Shown here: positions 25,701-40,700 of the stretch, in pieces
Numbering within the stretch: position 1 is the stretch's first letter
How the letters are laid out: every line of letters begins with the position of its first letter
DNA from: Rhina ancylostomus
Lineage: Eukaryota
NCBI GenBank assembly: GCA_030265395.1
Contig: JARFYF010000063.1
Span: 64,105,654 to 64,169,653 of the forward strand
Direction of reading: 5' to 3'
Length of the DNA: 64,000 bases
Position numbers and translations under genes: made by a program
Notes under the pieces: model-generated
What the model saw: the letters and a program-made list of their open reading frames with translations, nothing else
The model's database searches: none
Told to the model about the DNA's origin: nothing

Positions 25701-28700
25701 AACGAAAATGGGGGGACAGAGGTGAGTGACCCCTCCAGCAACTACTTCCCTCCATAGATGCTGCACAACCTGCTGAGTTCCTCCAGCATTTCGAGTGTTG
25801 CTCTGTGCATAGGATGTTGGAATAAAATAAAATCCTAGAAAGGTTAAAAGCTTTTTCTTGCCAAGTTGGATTTTTGTATAACCTACTGTCTGGATTGTGT
25901 TTATCAAAACTTAGCCTAGATTGTGCCAGAAGCGGGAAGATCTGATGCATTTGCTGTGTTAAGTATTTCATTTAAGGTCAGCAGAATTCATGCCAGTAAT
26001 TTTAAAACATACCATCCATGTTTTGCAATATTTCATAATGGCTGTGATTTACAGAAATAACTAATTATTTGGGTCCTGCATCTTTGCTAGTCTTCTAGCA
26101 CAAAGACATTGGATTGTTAACTTGGAATATGAAAAATGCCATAACTTGTGGATTTGACAGCTGTGTGTGATTAGTGAAGGAAGCAATTTTGGTGGGTGGA
26201 GTGGTGGGGGAACACAGTTCAGAGTGGGTATCTGGCTTCCTGGAGTTGAGCTGGTAGTAGTTACTTCTCTATTGTTTGCAACAGAGCTGTTCAGGACTTG
26301 GAGGGATGTTGTCTATAATTTCATGCTAAGTAAGCAATCAGGAGGTGAAAGTCTCTTAAGATGTTCAGCAAACATGTATGTATTTAGAGAAATACTTTAA
26401 GACTATTTTTTATGGATTATATGCCAGATCCCTTAAGCAGCTGTACTAAGCCAATACATTTCACTGGGTTATTTTAAACTCTAGTTCATTATGTATTTCT
26501 GCTTCCTCACGCAGTTTTCATCTGTTTTAAGGGACTAGCTAAAAATATTTTCCAGTTTCCAACTGGTACTAACCAAAGTGTAAAACAATCTATATTCTCA
26601 CTGTTTGCTGTTTAGTCATTTGTTCTTACATATGGACTTGGTGAAGAGATAATTCATGTTCCCCTTGATTGAACAGCTAGTTCACTGTGGTTAACAGAAC
26701 ACAGTGTGCATGCAGAACACTGTACCAGTTGAATTCATTGAGACAAAGATTCACCTCCTCCAATCTCGTCTACTACATTCAATGCTCTCGACGTGGATCC
26801 CAAGGAAACGAGCGAAAAGATGACACTCCTATTATCACTGGTCTATTGTATTAGTATGTTTAATGATGCTATCTCAGCTGCTCTTGATTGCAAGATGCTG
26901 TGAAAGAGTCAATTCTAATAAAATTGTGATTTGTAGTTAATGCTTGTTTGCTGATTCTACACTAGCTAATTTGTAGCTAATGGAAAGTAATTTGCTACAT
27001 GTAGTACCAACAAAAGTGAACTCTTGCTTTACTTTCCATTGTTGACAGAGAGTAGTAAAGTGAAAGAAGCTGCATGGGAAAAAGCCAGAGAGAAGAAAGC
27101 CACTAAACCTGTGCGTAAGGTACAGAAAATAACTCGATCACCGAGCCCTGACACCAAACCAAGTGAGTCAACCAAATTTTCTTTTTTTAGGCACTACAGT
27201 TTTTTTTGCCAGAGTATGTATCAGGCTAAAGTATAAATTTGTAATTTTTGCCATAAATTTCATGTGGAAGCAAAATGGAATAGTTTAAATAGCACTGCAA
27301 AATTCAACTACACAGATGTGCAAATCGTTTCAGAAACACAGATAAATCCAAATTCCTAATCCTTTTAGATTTCTTTAACTGAATCTTGTGTTGGCATGAA
27401 AACTGCTTTAACTCCATTTAATTTTGCCTGGTCACTGTAAAGCAGCTCTGATTCCACTGAGTGAACTCGAATAAAGCAGAAACCTGTTATCTTTAAAATC
27501 TTAATGGCTGAAAGACAATTATAATCAGAGATAGTGGTAGGGGTGTCTGGGAAATGCTCACATGACATTTATAGCTCTCAAACACTGACTGTTAAGCAGC
27601 TGAAGTTTTTGATTACTTTCCAATATTTATTACTGTCTATGGAAGCTTGCAATCTCTAACACCTCTCTGACTGAAATAACAAAAATGTTATCTAACAGAA
27701 TTTCCTTAAGATCTAAGTCAATTCTGGCTGATGTCTGTAAGGAGTTTATACGTTCTCCCTGTGTCTGTGTGGGTTTCCTCCAGGTTCTGCAGTTTCCTCC
27801 ACACATTCCAAAGACGTACGGGTTAGGAAGTTGTGGACATGCTATGTTGGCGCCGGAAGTGTGGCGACACTTGCATGCTGCCCCCAGAACACTCTACGCA
27901 AAAAGATGCATTTCACTGTGTTTTGATGTACATGTGACTAAAAGATATGTTACCTTAATCTTTGATAATTTACAAGTTGCTATGCTGTTTGAAATTTGAC
28001 TATAATATCAGACAATTGAATTTATTTACTATTTTCATATCATACGAGTCTCAAATTTCTGCTGGAAAGTGCTAAGCAGATTCACATTTGACTTCCATAC
28101 CGTCATGATTTATATGAAATGATATAATAAAGCACATTAACATGAGATATAATGAAGCCTACGTTAGTCTCGCATAGTAATTAAGTTCCTCTAAAAATTA
28201 CAATAGTTGCAACAATGTCCCCGGTTATCCTTATCTTTCTAGTAAAATCTCAAAACCAGGCATAAGGATATATTCTTTCGTCTCTAGGGTATACTACCTC
28301 TAAGATTTTTTTAAAAAAGGATACAATGAGTCCAAAACTCATTGTGTTTGTACAGCTGAGACAATTTATTATCTTAATTTCCTCCAAACCTAAACTTTGG
28401 CACTCTGGAATTCTAGTTCCAAGTCGCATTGGAACAATAGTCTCTAATTTTACTTATTACATGTTATAATTAAGATGAGAATTCAACTTGCTTACCTGCA
28501 TGGTTCACTGATATTCCAGTCGTGCAACAGGTAATATAGANNNNNNNNNNNNNNNNNNNNNNNNNNNNNNNNNNNNNNNNNNNNNNNNNNNNNNNNNNNN
28601 NNNNNNNNNNNNNNNNNNNNNNNNNNNNNNNNNNNNNNNNAGATTAATGAAATTAAAGGTTTGTGTACAGACAGACACATCAATGTACATCTAGCATATG

Positions 28701-31700
28701 CATGAAGATGATTGTGATGTTTCATTCTTTTTGCATTGGTGATCCTGGCAAGTAGTCTTTTGCAGACACCACTAACATTTGCCCCACTGAACTTGTGTCC
28801 TCGTATCTTGACTCCATTTTGTCCCCCCTTGGCTCAGTCCCTTCCTGCCTCTGTTCGTGACACTTCGCATGCTCTCCATCACTTCAACAACTTCCAGTTC
28901 CCTGGTCCTGACTGCCTTATTTTCACCATGGGCGTTGTGTCTCTATACACTTCCATCCCTATCAGGAAGGCCTTGAGGCTCTCTGTTTCTTTCTCAATAA
29001 CGGACCCAACCAGTTCCCCTCCATCACCACCCTCCTCCATCAAACCACAAAGCAGAAGACCAGAGTACCATTTTAAAAATGGTGATGGATTCTGAAATAT
29101 TAATGTTCAAGGACATCCAGGTCCCCTTGAACACATTATTGAAAGCCAGCATGCAGGTGCAGCATGAGATTGGGGACTTTTACTGTGAGAGGATTTGTAT
29201 GCAGGAGTAAAGGGGTCTTACTAGAATTACATAGGGCTTTGGTGGGATTACACCTGGCGTATGGTGGACAATTTTGATTTCTTTATCTCAGAAAGGATTT
29301 ACTTGCCATACAGAGAATGCATCAAAAATTCCAAAACATTAAGGCTATCATGTATATCACCTGCTGGCCTACACATTATGTAATTCTTTTCAAACTAAGG
29401 CTGGCTAAAGGTGGGGTGCAGCTCTTTCTGTGATCTGCCCTAGTCCTTGTGTATATTCTTTTCTCATCACGCTGGCTTTCTTAAAGTAAGCACTCTTGAG
29501 CAAACCTCCATGGAATTAAGTCTGCCAGCTAAATATAGCAAAAGCCTGCAGCAGTGAGCCAAACTTGTCCCATGTCATGCCTTTGTAAAGAAATTAGGGG
29601 AGGAGATTTGCTGCAGTGCATTCCACTGTTTATGGATGGCTTACCACTTGCTATAAATAGCCTCCAATCTGAAAGAAAGTGTGCAGCAGGGTGGGCTTTT
29701 AATGGCTTCTTGCTATTACATCAATCTCTGGAGATGATTTTCTCAAGTAATTCATTGGCAATAATAGGGACTGCTATCAAAGTGTCTGAATTCACATTCT
29801 TTTATGCACATATGGGAAGTGGGTATTGATGGCAAGATCACCACTTATTGCTTTTGGTGGTGAGCTTCCTGTTGAACCACCTGTAATTCATCTGGTGATT
29901 GATACCTCTGCAGTGGTCACAGACAGGGACTTCAGTATTTTTCAGTCCATCAAAATTGAGGGAACAGCAGTGTTTTTCTAAGTCAACAAGGCTTGCAACT
30001 TGGAGAGAGATCCACAGGTGGTAGTGTTCCAGTGTTAGCTTTTCCACTTTTTGGACAGGATTGCATATTTGGGATGTGCTATTGGAGTAGTTGGGTCCTG
30101 GAGTGAATAGTAAACTAATCAAGTGGGCTGCTTTGCCCTACATGGTGTCAAGGTACTTTGATGTCGTTGGAGCTACAGTAGTCCAGCAAATGGGGCATAT
30201 TACATCACATTTTTGTGTTCTGGATGATGGAAAGACTTAGTGGTGTCAGAGAATGAGTCACTTGCATAAAAGCTACAATCTCTGATCTGCTTTTGCTGTC
30301 ACATTATTTAATGTAACTTATCCAGTTGAGTTTTTTTTTCCATGTCCTTACTTATTCTTGAATATTACTTGCCACAGCAACTGATGTCTGAGTATTGTCC
30401 AGTCTTGCTTCATGCAACCATGGACCATTTCATTCTCTGAAATGAATGGAATTTGACACTGTGCGTTTGTCAAAGAATATCTGCAGTTCTGCTTTAATGA
30501 TAGAAGGAAGGTTATTGTGGAAGCACCTGGCAGTGGTTGGCCCTTGGATTCTGCCCTGAGGAGCTCTTACAACAATGTTTGTGCTGTGATGATTGACCTA
30601 CAATCACCATAAGTGTCTTTCTTTCTATGACTCCAATCACTGGAGTGTTTCCTCTTGATGCCCATTGACTTCAGTTTTACCAGGATTTAATGTGACACTC
30701 AGTTAAATGTTGCCATGATATCAATGGCATTCTCATTCAACCCTCGAATTCATACCCTTAGTCCATGTTTTGGCCAAGGCTGTAACAAACATAGAACACA
30801 GTAGAGTACAGCCCACAATGTCTGTGACGGCCATGATGCCAATCTAACTAATCCATCTGCCTGCACGTGGTCTATATCTCTCCATCCAATGCCTGTTCAC
30901 TTGTCTGTCTAAATGTCTCTTAAACATTGCCATCACATCTGTTTCTACAACCTCCCCGGCAGCGCATTCCAGGCACCTACCACTGTCTGCATTTTTTTAT
31001 ATAAACTTGCCTCACACAGCTCCTTTAAACTTCTCCCCTCTCTCCTTAAACCTATGCCCTCTATTATTTGACAGTTCCACCCTGGAGAAAAAGACTGGCT
31101 ATCTACCTGGCTATATGTGCTTCTCATTTTATATACTTTTATCAGGTCATCCCTCTGACACTTCAGAGAAAACAATCCGCGTTTGTCAACCTTTTGTAGC
31201 TAATACATCCAATCCAGGCAACATCCTGGTGAACCTCTCAAAGGTTCAACATTCTTCCTGTGGTGTGACAACCAGGAATGTGTACAAATCTCCAAATGTG
31301 GCTCAAACAAAGTTTTAAACAGGTGCAACATCTCAACTGCTATACTTAACACCCCAACTGCCTCCTTTACCACCCTATCCACTTGTGTTGCCACTTTCAT
31401 GGAAATATGGACTTGCATCCAAAGATCCTTCTGTATATTGTTGCTTATAAGGGTCCTGCCATTTATTGCATATCTTGCTCTTGCATTTGACCTTCCAAAA
31501 TGCATCACTTCACACTTGTCTGGTGTGAAGCTGAGTGGTCCTGGTAAAACCCAAACTGGGCTTCGGTGAGGAACTTATTGGAGAGTAAATTCTACTTGAT
31601 AATACTTCAATGATGTCTTCCGTTACTTTGAATGAGATTTCGACTGGGCAGTGATTGGCAATTTTGAATTTGTCCCATCTTAGTGTATATGGTGTATCTT

Positions 31701-34700
31701 AACAATTTTGCACATTGATGGATAGATGTCAACTGTATAGAAGCAGCGTGGCTATGTCTGGAATGTAAGTCTTCCATACTTCCAGCTGGGATGTGCCAAT
31801 GCTCTCAGCTATTTCTTGATGTCACGTTGAGTGAATTGAATTAGCTGAAAATCAGCTTCTGTGAAAACAATGGAATTCTTAGGAGGAAGAAGAGATGGAC
31901 CATCCACTTGAACCTTCTGTTAAAGATCGATATGGATGTTTCACCTTGGTAAGTAAATGCTGGGTCTTTGAAGGTGGAAGAATGTTCTTGGAGTCATTAC
32001 TTGCCCCATCTCGGCTGACTATTTGTTTGCTTATCTCCATTCACAGCAAGATTGTCGGGACTGGAGAGCTGTGATCTGATGTTGGTTATGGGGTCACTTA
32101 TCTCTGTCCATTGCATTCTACTTGTTGGTTAACAGATGCACATTCAAGTATTTCTCTTCCTACCTTGCCCTTCCGCATTCATGGGACTAGGGTGATACCT
32201 TGACATGATAATGGTAGAGGGCAGGATGTGTTGTACTCTGAATTATAGGTCATGATGCAATACAATTCTGCAGCTATTAATGACCCACAGTGTTTAATGG
32301 ATACCCACTTTTGAGCTGCCAAATACGTTTCAGTCTATTTCAGTTTGCACAGTTAATGTGCTGCCCAAGACGATGCTTGATGTCCTTAAAAGATGGTGTG
32401 CTAGATACACTCAGCATGTCAGTCAGCACCTTCGGAAAAGAGAAGAGCAACTATTAAGTGTTTCAGGTCAGGAACCCTTCATAATATCTGGGAAATAGAT
32501 GAGCAAATTAGTTTTAGGTTGTAGAGAAAGTAGGGCAGGGATGGGGAAAGCAAAGTCAATATCTCTGATAGGGTGATTTCAGGTAACTTAATGTAGCAGT
32601 TAAGCTCAGTTGTACAGTGTGTTGCTTATGTAAGACTGTGGGACATGTCCAGCAAACCTGACTATATATTTTAAAAAAAACTGAGCCAAAATGAAAGACA
32701 GAAATAGCCAGTTCCAATATAGACAAAGAAAGACAGAATTGCCTAAAGTGCGAGAATTCCATATTCTCAGTGAATTCCATATTGAAAGCTTCACTATGCC
32801 CAGATGAGATGTGCTGTTCCTCAAGCTTGGAGTGGATTAAGTTCCTCAATACAGTGCAGGAGGCCACAGACACAAAGGTCAGAGTGGTGATAGATGGTCA
32901 GTTAAAGTGGATGATGTTTTGGTGATAGGTTGGATGTTATCTCCAAAACCATTAATGTGGTCACCCTACCAGGAACAAGTGCATCTGCACCTGGGTAAGG
33001 ACAAGATCAAGTAAGTTCATCTCCTGTTTCTTTGTTCATCACCTGCCATGGGCAACCTCTGGTGCTTATGTCTAATGGGTCATCGGTGGTGTTATGTCTA
33101 ATGGTGGTGCTGCGAGCCATTTCTGGTGAAAGGCATTGGATTCCCCAGCCCAAACTGCATTTTGTTTTTGCTACTCACAGTGCTTCTTCCAAATGCAGTT
33201 CAGTGTGAATTAGCTCTGATTTGTCAGTTGAAGGAAGATGAAAGTTAGTAATCGGGAAGAGATCTCCATGCCTGCGTTTGATGTGGTGCCATGCGACATC
33301 GCAAAACTACAAAAAATCCTCTTCGTTTGCTTCCTCCTGTAGCCAAAGAGCTTCTGCCAAAGTCATTGCAGGTTCCATTCATAAATTGCGCCTTGTTAGC
33401 CATAGAATCAGAATTGTGCAGCACAGAAACGGGCCCTTTTGGTCCATCTCATTTTTACCAACCATGATGCATATCTATGCTATTCCCATTTGCCTGCACT
33501 GGGCTGTGTTCCCCTTTGTCTCTCCTATCTAACCACCTGTCCAAATGCCTTTTAAATGTAATTGTATCTGCCTGTACCATCACCTCTGGCAGCTTGTTCC
33601 AGATATTCACCACCCTCTGGCACAATAGCACACCATTTGCACAACAGCAAATGTGGAAACTCTTGTGTGTGAAAAGAGAAAGAAAACTAACTAAGGTCGA
33701 AGGTCCTTTGTCAGGGCATGTAATCCTGGTAGTTATGCTGTCAGAGTGACAACAGAACGTTTAGCCAGAAGACTAAAGCTATGTGCTTTTCTTTGCAGTC
33801 TCTGGGCAGTTGTAGAGCCAGAGGCATGTAGTAGAAGTCTTGAAGGGTAACTTTTGGAGTCAGTGAATTGATTCTGGTAGCTGTACGAGTTGGAGATTAA
33901 AGGTACAATGATTATGACCAAGAATGAGAGAGATTGCTGAGAAAATAGGGCTTATGAGTGCAGAACCTTTAAGAACTGAGTAGATTCCTCGAGGGATTAA
34001 TTTGCCTTTGTTGAATATAAACCAGTTGATGCCTTTAGCTGCCCAATATCAAACTTTACAGATGGTTGGGTAAGATGAAAATACATTGAGATTTAGGTTA
34101 CAGTTCTATTTCAGGGAGATTCTGTTGGCTGTCATTAGAATTTGTGGAGTGGGATTTTAATAATTTGTGGTTTCATCTAAGAGGATGTCCTTTGAAGATT
34201 TGTGTAGGCTATATAGAATAAGTTTGTGATAAATTATTATTTTTGATTTCAGGTGCCCATGTTATCAGCACAGCTTCATGGCGTGAAGGCCAGAAACTGG
34301 TAAAAATGGTTCTGGGACCTGTACCAAAGATGATAACTGAAAGTAAGATGGACACTAGCTCGAAAACCAGGAAAGAAAGGAATGCCACACCTAGTGAGTA
34401 GCTGACTGTGCTCAAACTTGCCAATCTTCATGATTATGTTGACCAATACCTATTAATGAAGCGGCATCCATTAATGCTGTGTATGCAGTAAATACCATGA
34501 TTGGTCTTGTCAATCATGTGTAAATCTGTGTTGGGTACAGTGGACCTTGAGTTGTGTTTTGGTTTGAGTCATGAGATCCATTAAAGTAAGATTACGGCAA
34601 AATGAGCAACATACACTAACAACAGGGGAAGCCATGTATTCTATGATTAACGTTGAGAATGGTTCTCGTGTTCATTCCTATAACATTCACAATTTTTGCC

Positions 34701-37700
34701 CAGTTCTACACCCTCCTTTCCCTCGTGCTCTTTAACACCATTTCCGAAAGAGCATTCAAGATTGCATACAAAACCAGTAATATAAGAGATTGCTCGTAAC
34801 CAATCTATTAAGGGCTTAGTTAAAGTTTAAAGACCATGGCAGTTCTTAAAAATTGCAAATGCTTGTGCTGTACTGAAGGGCTTTCACTGATGTTTCTAAA
34901 CTGAGTGTTTTAGTAATGGAAAATGGATATGAATTCCAATGAAACACATTCTTTTCTAACTAAACCCAGTTTCTGTTACTTTGCTGATATTTGGTTTGTC
35001 TAGAAGAGCATTTTGTACCACTAGAAGATATTACTGAGCTTCTATTACTAAATTCTAAAACATTTCTCTGATTTGTTTAATGTTCCTTACTTCCAACTAG
35101 GTAGACTTGCATCATTTGCTAATGTCCACTGAATGCAGATATTGGCAATAATTTTAAAATCTTGCTGCCTGTGATATCCAAGGCAACAAGGCCCTCTGGA
35201 AAGAGATGCAAGGGGGAGGAAGGGAAGAGAAATGTGTGGGAGGGGTTGGGAAAGAAGAGAGGGAAGGGGAAAAAAGACAATTGGGGAAAGTTTGGTTGGG
35301 AAAAAGGTGAAATTGAAAGTAAACTGGTAAGGGCTGGTATGGTGTACCAGTAAGTAAATGGCCCATGCAATCAGTACAAATAGTCAGTGTTACTGATGTA
35401 ATTGTACTAGTGAGAAAATTAAGTTACTTTCACTCCTGGGAATTGAGGCCAGCCTACCTGCTCTGCTGGGCAATAATGGTGGAGGAGTTGGATGAAGGAT
35501 AGGGAGATGAGACAGAAGGTAGTGTCCTTCTACTCCCACCTGTAGTCTGAGAGCCTGAGTTTTCTGATAGTTGGGGTGATTGATGCCTAACGTTGTAATG
35601 TGTGAGCCTGAAATTTCTCTGCATACTGATTGTTGGGTCAGCCAAATCCACAGATAACCAAGTGTGTCTGTAGTGGTGGTGTCCTTGCTACTGAGTTGGA
35701 AGGTAGTATATTTGGGTCCACTCCAGAGATTTGTACACATTAGATTTGAAACACTAATGTAGTATATGGGCGATTGCACTATTTTGGTTAGGTCTCCCAG
35801 CCAGGTGAAAAAAATCCCAAGATGTTTTGGGGGGAAAATATTGTTATTTGCTTGATTGCTGTTTTTTGATTGGCTCAGGCAAAGTTTCAAATAATGAAGA
35901 TGGGGGTCATATAAAAGTATAGCGTAGTAAGTCCTGACTTAACAACGATAGCCAGCTTTAACAAGGATGTGGGCTGTAACTACTATACTCCCCTCACTCC
36001 TTTAAGGTGAGACGTAAATTCCCAGCTGAGACAAATAAACACACACCAGGCACCCAGATTGAGACTTTCCTCTGTATCAACTCTATTCCAGCCTAATGAA
36101 CCAACAGAGTTTACTTGTTCTATTTTATAAACTGGTTAATCATTTGACTCTTTGAGAGTTATCTTTAAAATGGTACAATTTCAGGCAAGGGGTAGATGTT
36201 GTTTAAACTCAAANNNNNNNNNNNNNNNNNNNNNNNNNNNNNNNNNNNNNNNNNNNNNNNNNNNNNNNNNNNNNNNNNNNNNNNNNNNNNNNNNNNNNNN
36301 NNNNNNNNNNNNNTCAAATATGTAAAACTTGGTATAAAATCAGAAAATGCTGGAAACATTCAGCAGATGAGACAGCGTGTATGGAAAGAAAAATGAGTGG
36401 GGAGGGGGGGAATAAAAAAACATTGCAGATCAGCAACCGTGCTTCAGAATTTGTCCAGAACTGATAAAAGGTCTTTTGAGCTGACTTCCACAGATGCCAC
36501 CCTTACCTGTTGGGTATATCCAACATTCTCTGTTTCTATTTCAGATGTGTACAGTATTTGTATTTTTTTTGTTTGCTCATCCAAAACTTAATTTTTGATT
36601 ACATGCCTCTATGTGCCACCTTCTTGAAAACAGCAACTTGCTGTCATATGAACGTAGAAATTGAGAGCAGGAGTAGGCCACTCAAATGATCGTGTTTGCT
36701 CTGTCATTCAATGATATCATAGCTGATTGGAGTTGAGACTATAATCCACACTCCTGCCTCACTCAGGTGTTTCACTCCTTTGCTTATTAATAGCTACCTG
36801 TGTCTTAAAAATAGTGAAAGGCTTATCCTCTATCATCCTTTTGAGGAAGCAAGTCCAGTGGGCAGAGCAGACAGGCAGGTTAGGGAATATGGGAGGGCTG
36901 ACAAGCTCAACATTTACTTTAATGCAAGGGGCCTCGCAGGTAAATTAAACTATCTTTATATCTATGGATTAGCACTTGGGATTACAATATTATTGCAATG
37001 ATAAAAATGTTCTTGAAGAAAGGGTAGGACTGGCAGTTTAATGTTCTGGGGTATTGAAGTTTCAGATGTCAAACTTATGAAAGTTTCATACTTCCACACT
37101 TGCCCAGTTTCATTTCCTAAGATGAGGCCAAGTACAACGCTTTGTCTTGTAGGACTACATAATGTCTCCAAAAACTAGCTTGGGCACATGTAAGCCCCTT
37201 GTACCAACGCAGTCACATTCAATGTTGGGGAAGTTAAAAATCACTCAGCATTATAACCCTAATTCTTTTGCACCTTTCTGCAATTTGCTTACATTATCTG
37301 TTCCTCTAATTCCTGCTGATTGCTGGGAGGCCTATAGTATAAGCCCAGCAAAGTGATTATTCTCGTATTCTTAAGTTCTCCCCATGTGGCCATATTGGGC
37401 AATCCCTTCAGAATACCTTCTCTACATATTGCTGTGATGATGTCTCTAGTCAACAGTGTGACTTCCCTTACTCTTTTGTATCTCCCTCTCTAATACCTGA
37501 AACCTTTGTGTACTGGAACATTAAGCTGCCCTTCACTCAACCACATTTCCATGATTGCATTAATATCATAATTCAGTGTTCTAAGGTCATCTGACTTGAG
37601 GCCCCTTACATTAAAATAAATGCAGTTGAGCCTACTAGCACCCTGCCCGCCCGCCCACCCATGTTCCATATACTGCCTCTGTTTCTGCCCACTGGACTTG

Positions 37701-40700
37701 ATTTATCCTCTAAATTTGCATCAGTCTTCCCACCTTTCAAATTGCTGCTGAGTTTTCTACACCCTACCAAATTAGTTTAAATCCTCCTGAGTAGCATGAG
37801 CAAGTCTCCGTGTAAGAATGTTTGAGCCCTTCCACTTCAGATCTAACCTCCTTGTACAGGCCCGACCTGCCCCAGAATCGGTTGCAATGATCCATGTACT
37901 GAGGAGCCCTGCCTCCTAAACCAGTTCTTTAACCACGAAATCATCTATCCTATCCAACTTTTTACCCTCACTAGCATGTGGCAGAGAGTAATGGTGATAT
38001 AACGACCCTATAGGTCCTGCATTTTAACACTTGCCTAACTCCCTAAGTTTGCTCTGAAGGACCTCGCCAACCTTTCTACCTAGGTTGTTAGTACCAACGT
38101 GTTCTACAACTTCTGGCTGTTCTCCTTCTACCTCAGTGTTCTGTATGTATTCTGAGACGTCCCTGAACCTGGCATCAGGGAGGCAACAGCCCATTCTGGA
38201 TTCTTGCTTTTGGCCACTCAGTAACAAATCCCCTACCACTAGTGCTCTTCATGACTTTTCCCTCCCTGCATTGCATCAGAATCAACTGTGGTGCCGTAAA
38301 CTTTGCTGCTGCTGCTGTCACTTCTAAAATGCCATTTCTCTTTCNNNNNNNNNNNNNNNNNNNNNNNNNNNNNNNNNNNNNNNNNNNNNNNNNNNNNNNN
38401 NNNNNNNNNNNNNNNNNNNNNNNNNNNNNNNNNNNNNNNNNNNNNNNNNNNNNNNNNNNNNNNNNNNNNNNNNNNNNNNNNNNNNNNNNNNNNNNNNNNN
38501 NNNNNNNNNNNNNNNNNNNNNNNNNNNNNNNNNNNNNNNNNNNNNNNNNNNNNNNNNNNNNNNNNNNNNNNNNNNNNNNNNNNNNNNNNNNNNNNNNNNN
38601 NNNNNNNNNNNNNNNNNNNNNNNNNNNNNNNNNNNNNNNNNNNNNNNNNNNNNNNNNNNNNNNNNNNNNNNNNNNNNNNNNNNNNNNNNNNNNNNNNNNN
38701 NNNNNNNNNNNNNNNNNNNNNNNNNNNNNNNNNNNNNNNNNNNNNNNNNNNNNNNNNNNNNNNNNNNNNNNNNNNNNNNNNNNNNNNNNNNNNNNNNNNN
38801 NNNNNNNNNNNNNNNNNNNNNNNNNNNNNNNNNNNNNNNNNNNNNNNNNNNNNNNNNNNNNNNNNNNNNNNNNNNNNNNNNNNNNNNNNNNNNNNNNNNN
38901 NNNNNNNNNNNNNNNNNNNNNNNNNNNNNNNNNNNNNNNNNNNNNNNNNNNNNNNNNNNNNNNNNNNNNNNNNNNNNNNNNNNNNNNNNNNNNNNNNNNN
39001 NNNNNNNNNNNNNNNNNNNNNNNNNNNNNNNNNNNNNNNNNNNNNNNNNNNNNNNNNNNNNNNNNNNNNNNNNNNNNNNNNNNNNNNNNNNNNNNNNNNN
39101 NNNNNNNNNNNNNNNNNNNNNNNNNNNNNNNNNNNNNNNNNNNNNNNNNNNNNNNNNNNNNNNNNNNNNNNNNCCCCCCCCCCCCCCCCCCCCCCCCGTA
39201 GTATCCAAACAACTGCCTGTTTGAGAGGAGAATGACCACAGGAAGGGTAGTGAGGGCAGGCAGCAGGGATACTACCTGCCTGCCCTTGCTCAGGGTCACC
39301 CACCTCTCCTTTTGTACCTGTGCTGTGATCAACTCATTAAATATACAATCTTCAACATATTTTGCATCTTGAATACTTCATAGTAAACACAACCACAACA
39401 CCAATTGCTCTGTGGTCTGTCAGGAGTGGCAGCTGGACAGACTTCTTGCAGGTAGAATCACCAGGGATATTGGAAATGTCCCTGATCTATATACTGCAGG
39501 AGGAGCATACCACTGTCCTGGCTTTCATATCCTTTATTCCCATTCTCTTTAAGAAAGAGGGAAGAAAAGAATATATCTGGTCACTACTCCCCCTCCTCAC
39601 TGAAGCCAGATGTTCATCAATGTGTGCACTTTGACCTCAACAGCAGCAATTTGACTTCTCAGCTCCTCTCAAGATGGCTGCTCCCACTCTACCTGGTGTT
39701 CCTTTTATAACTTGACGATCCCACGTGTGCTACCAGTCTCACTGATGCTTCTAGGCCTTGGTTGATATCTGGAATGCACTACCAGAGGAGGTGAATCAGA
39801 TGCAATCACTATGTTTGAGAGAGATTTAGACAGGCACTTGAAAAGATAANNNNNNNNNNNNNNNNNNNNNNNNNNNNNNNNNNNNCAAAAGGGTTGGCTG
39901 GATGCGATGGGGCTAACGGGCCTGTTTCTTCATTGTACAACCCTGACTCAAAGGGAATTCCAGAGGCACATGACCTTCAGAATTTTGCGTCATTTGTCTT
40001 AAATGAGTGACCCCTTAGTTTTAACTTGTGACTCCATGGTTCTAGATTATCTAATGGGGAAAATCCCTCCCACATCCACTTTATCAATGACCATTAGGTT
40101 GTTTCAACCCAAGATACTCTCGCTTTTCTAGTCCCAAGCAGAAGCAAGTCTAGCCTGTCCACCCTTTCCTCATTGATAAAATGCCAGTTCCAGATTTAGC
40201 AATGCTTCCAACATATTAACATCTCTATATGTTAACCAATACTAAACACAGTTCTCCAGATATTATCTCCTGATGGCCTGATATAACTGAAACATAACCT
40301 CCCTGCTTTTGTATTCAATTCCTCCAATAGGCAATAATGCTACACCCTTCCTACACCCAGCTCCCTGAAGGTAGAGGCACTGGTAGATAAGATGGTAAAG
40401 AAGGCATATGGATAATTGCCTTCAGTAGCCAGACCATAGAATAAAAGAGTAGGGATGTAATAGTACAACTATGCAAAACTTAGATCACAGCTTGGAGTAC
40501 TCTCTGCTATTCTGGCTGCCACATTATTCTAAGGATATGATTGCACTAGAGAAGATGTAGAGGTAAGATTCACCGGGGTGTTGTCTGGGATAAACCATTT
40601 CAGCTATGAGGAGACATTGTTTAAGCTGGGTTAGCCTGACCTCAGTGGTTGGTAAGATTTTAGAGTCCATTATCAAGGGTGACATTTCGGAGTACTTGGA

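Noticed and set aside
38175-39332. Long ORFs (290-385 aa) in the ORF track, also at 18758-19294 and 25271-25907
   Set aside because: They consist mostly of X from N runs and are not real ORFs.
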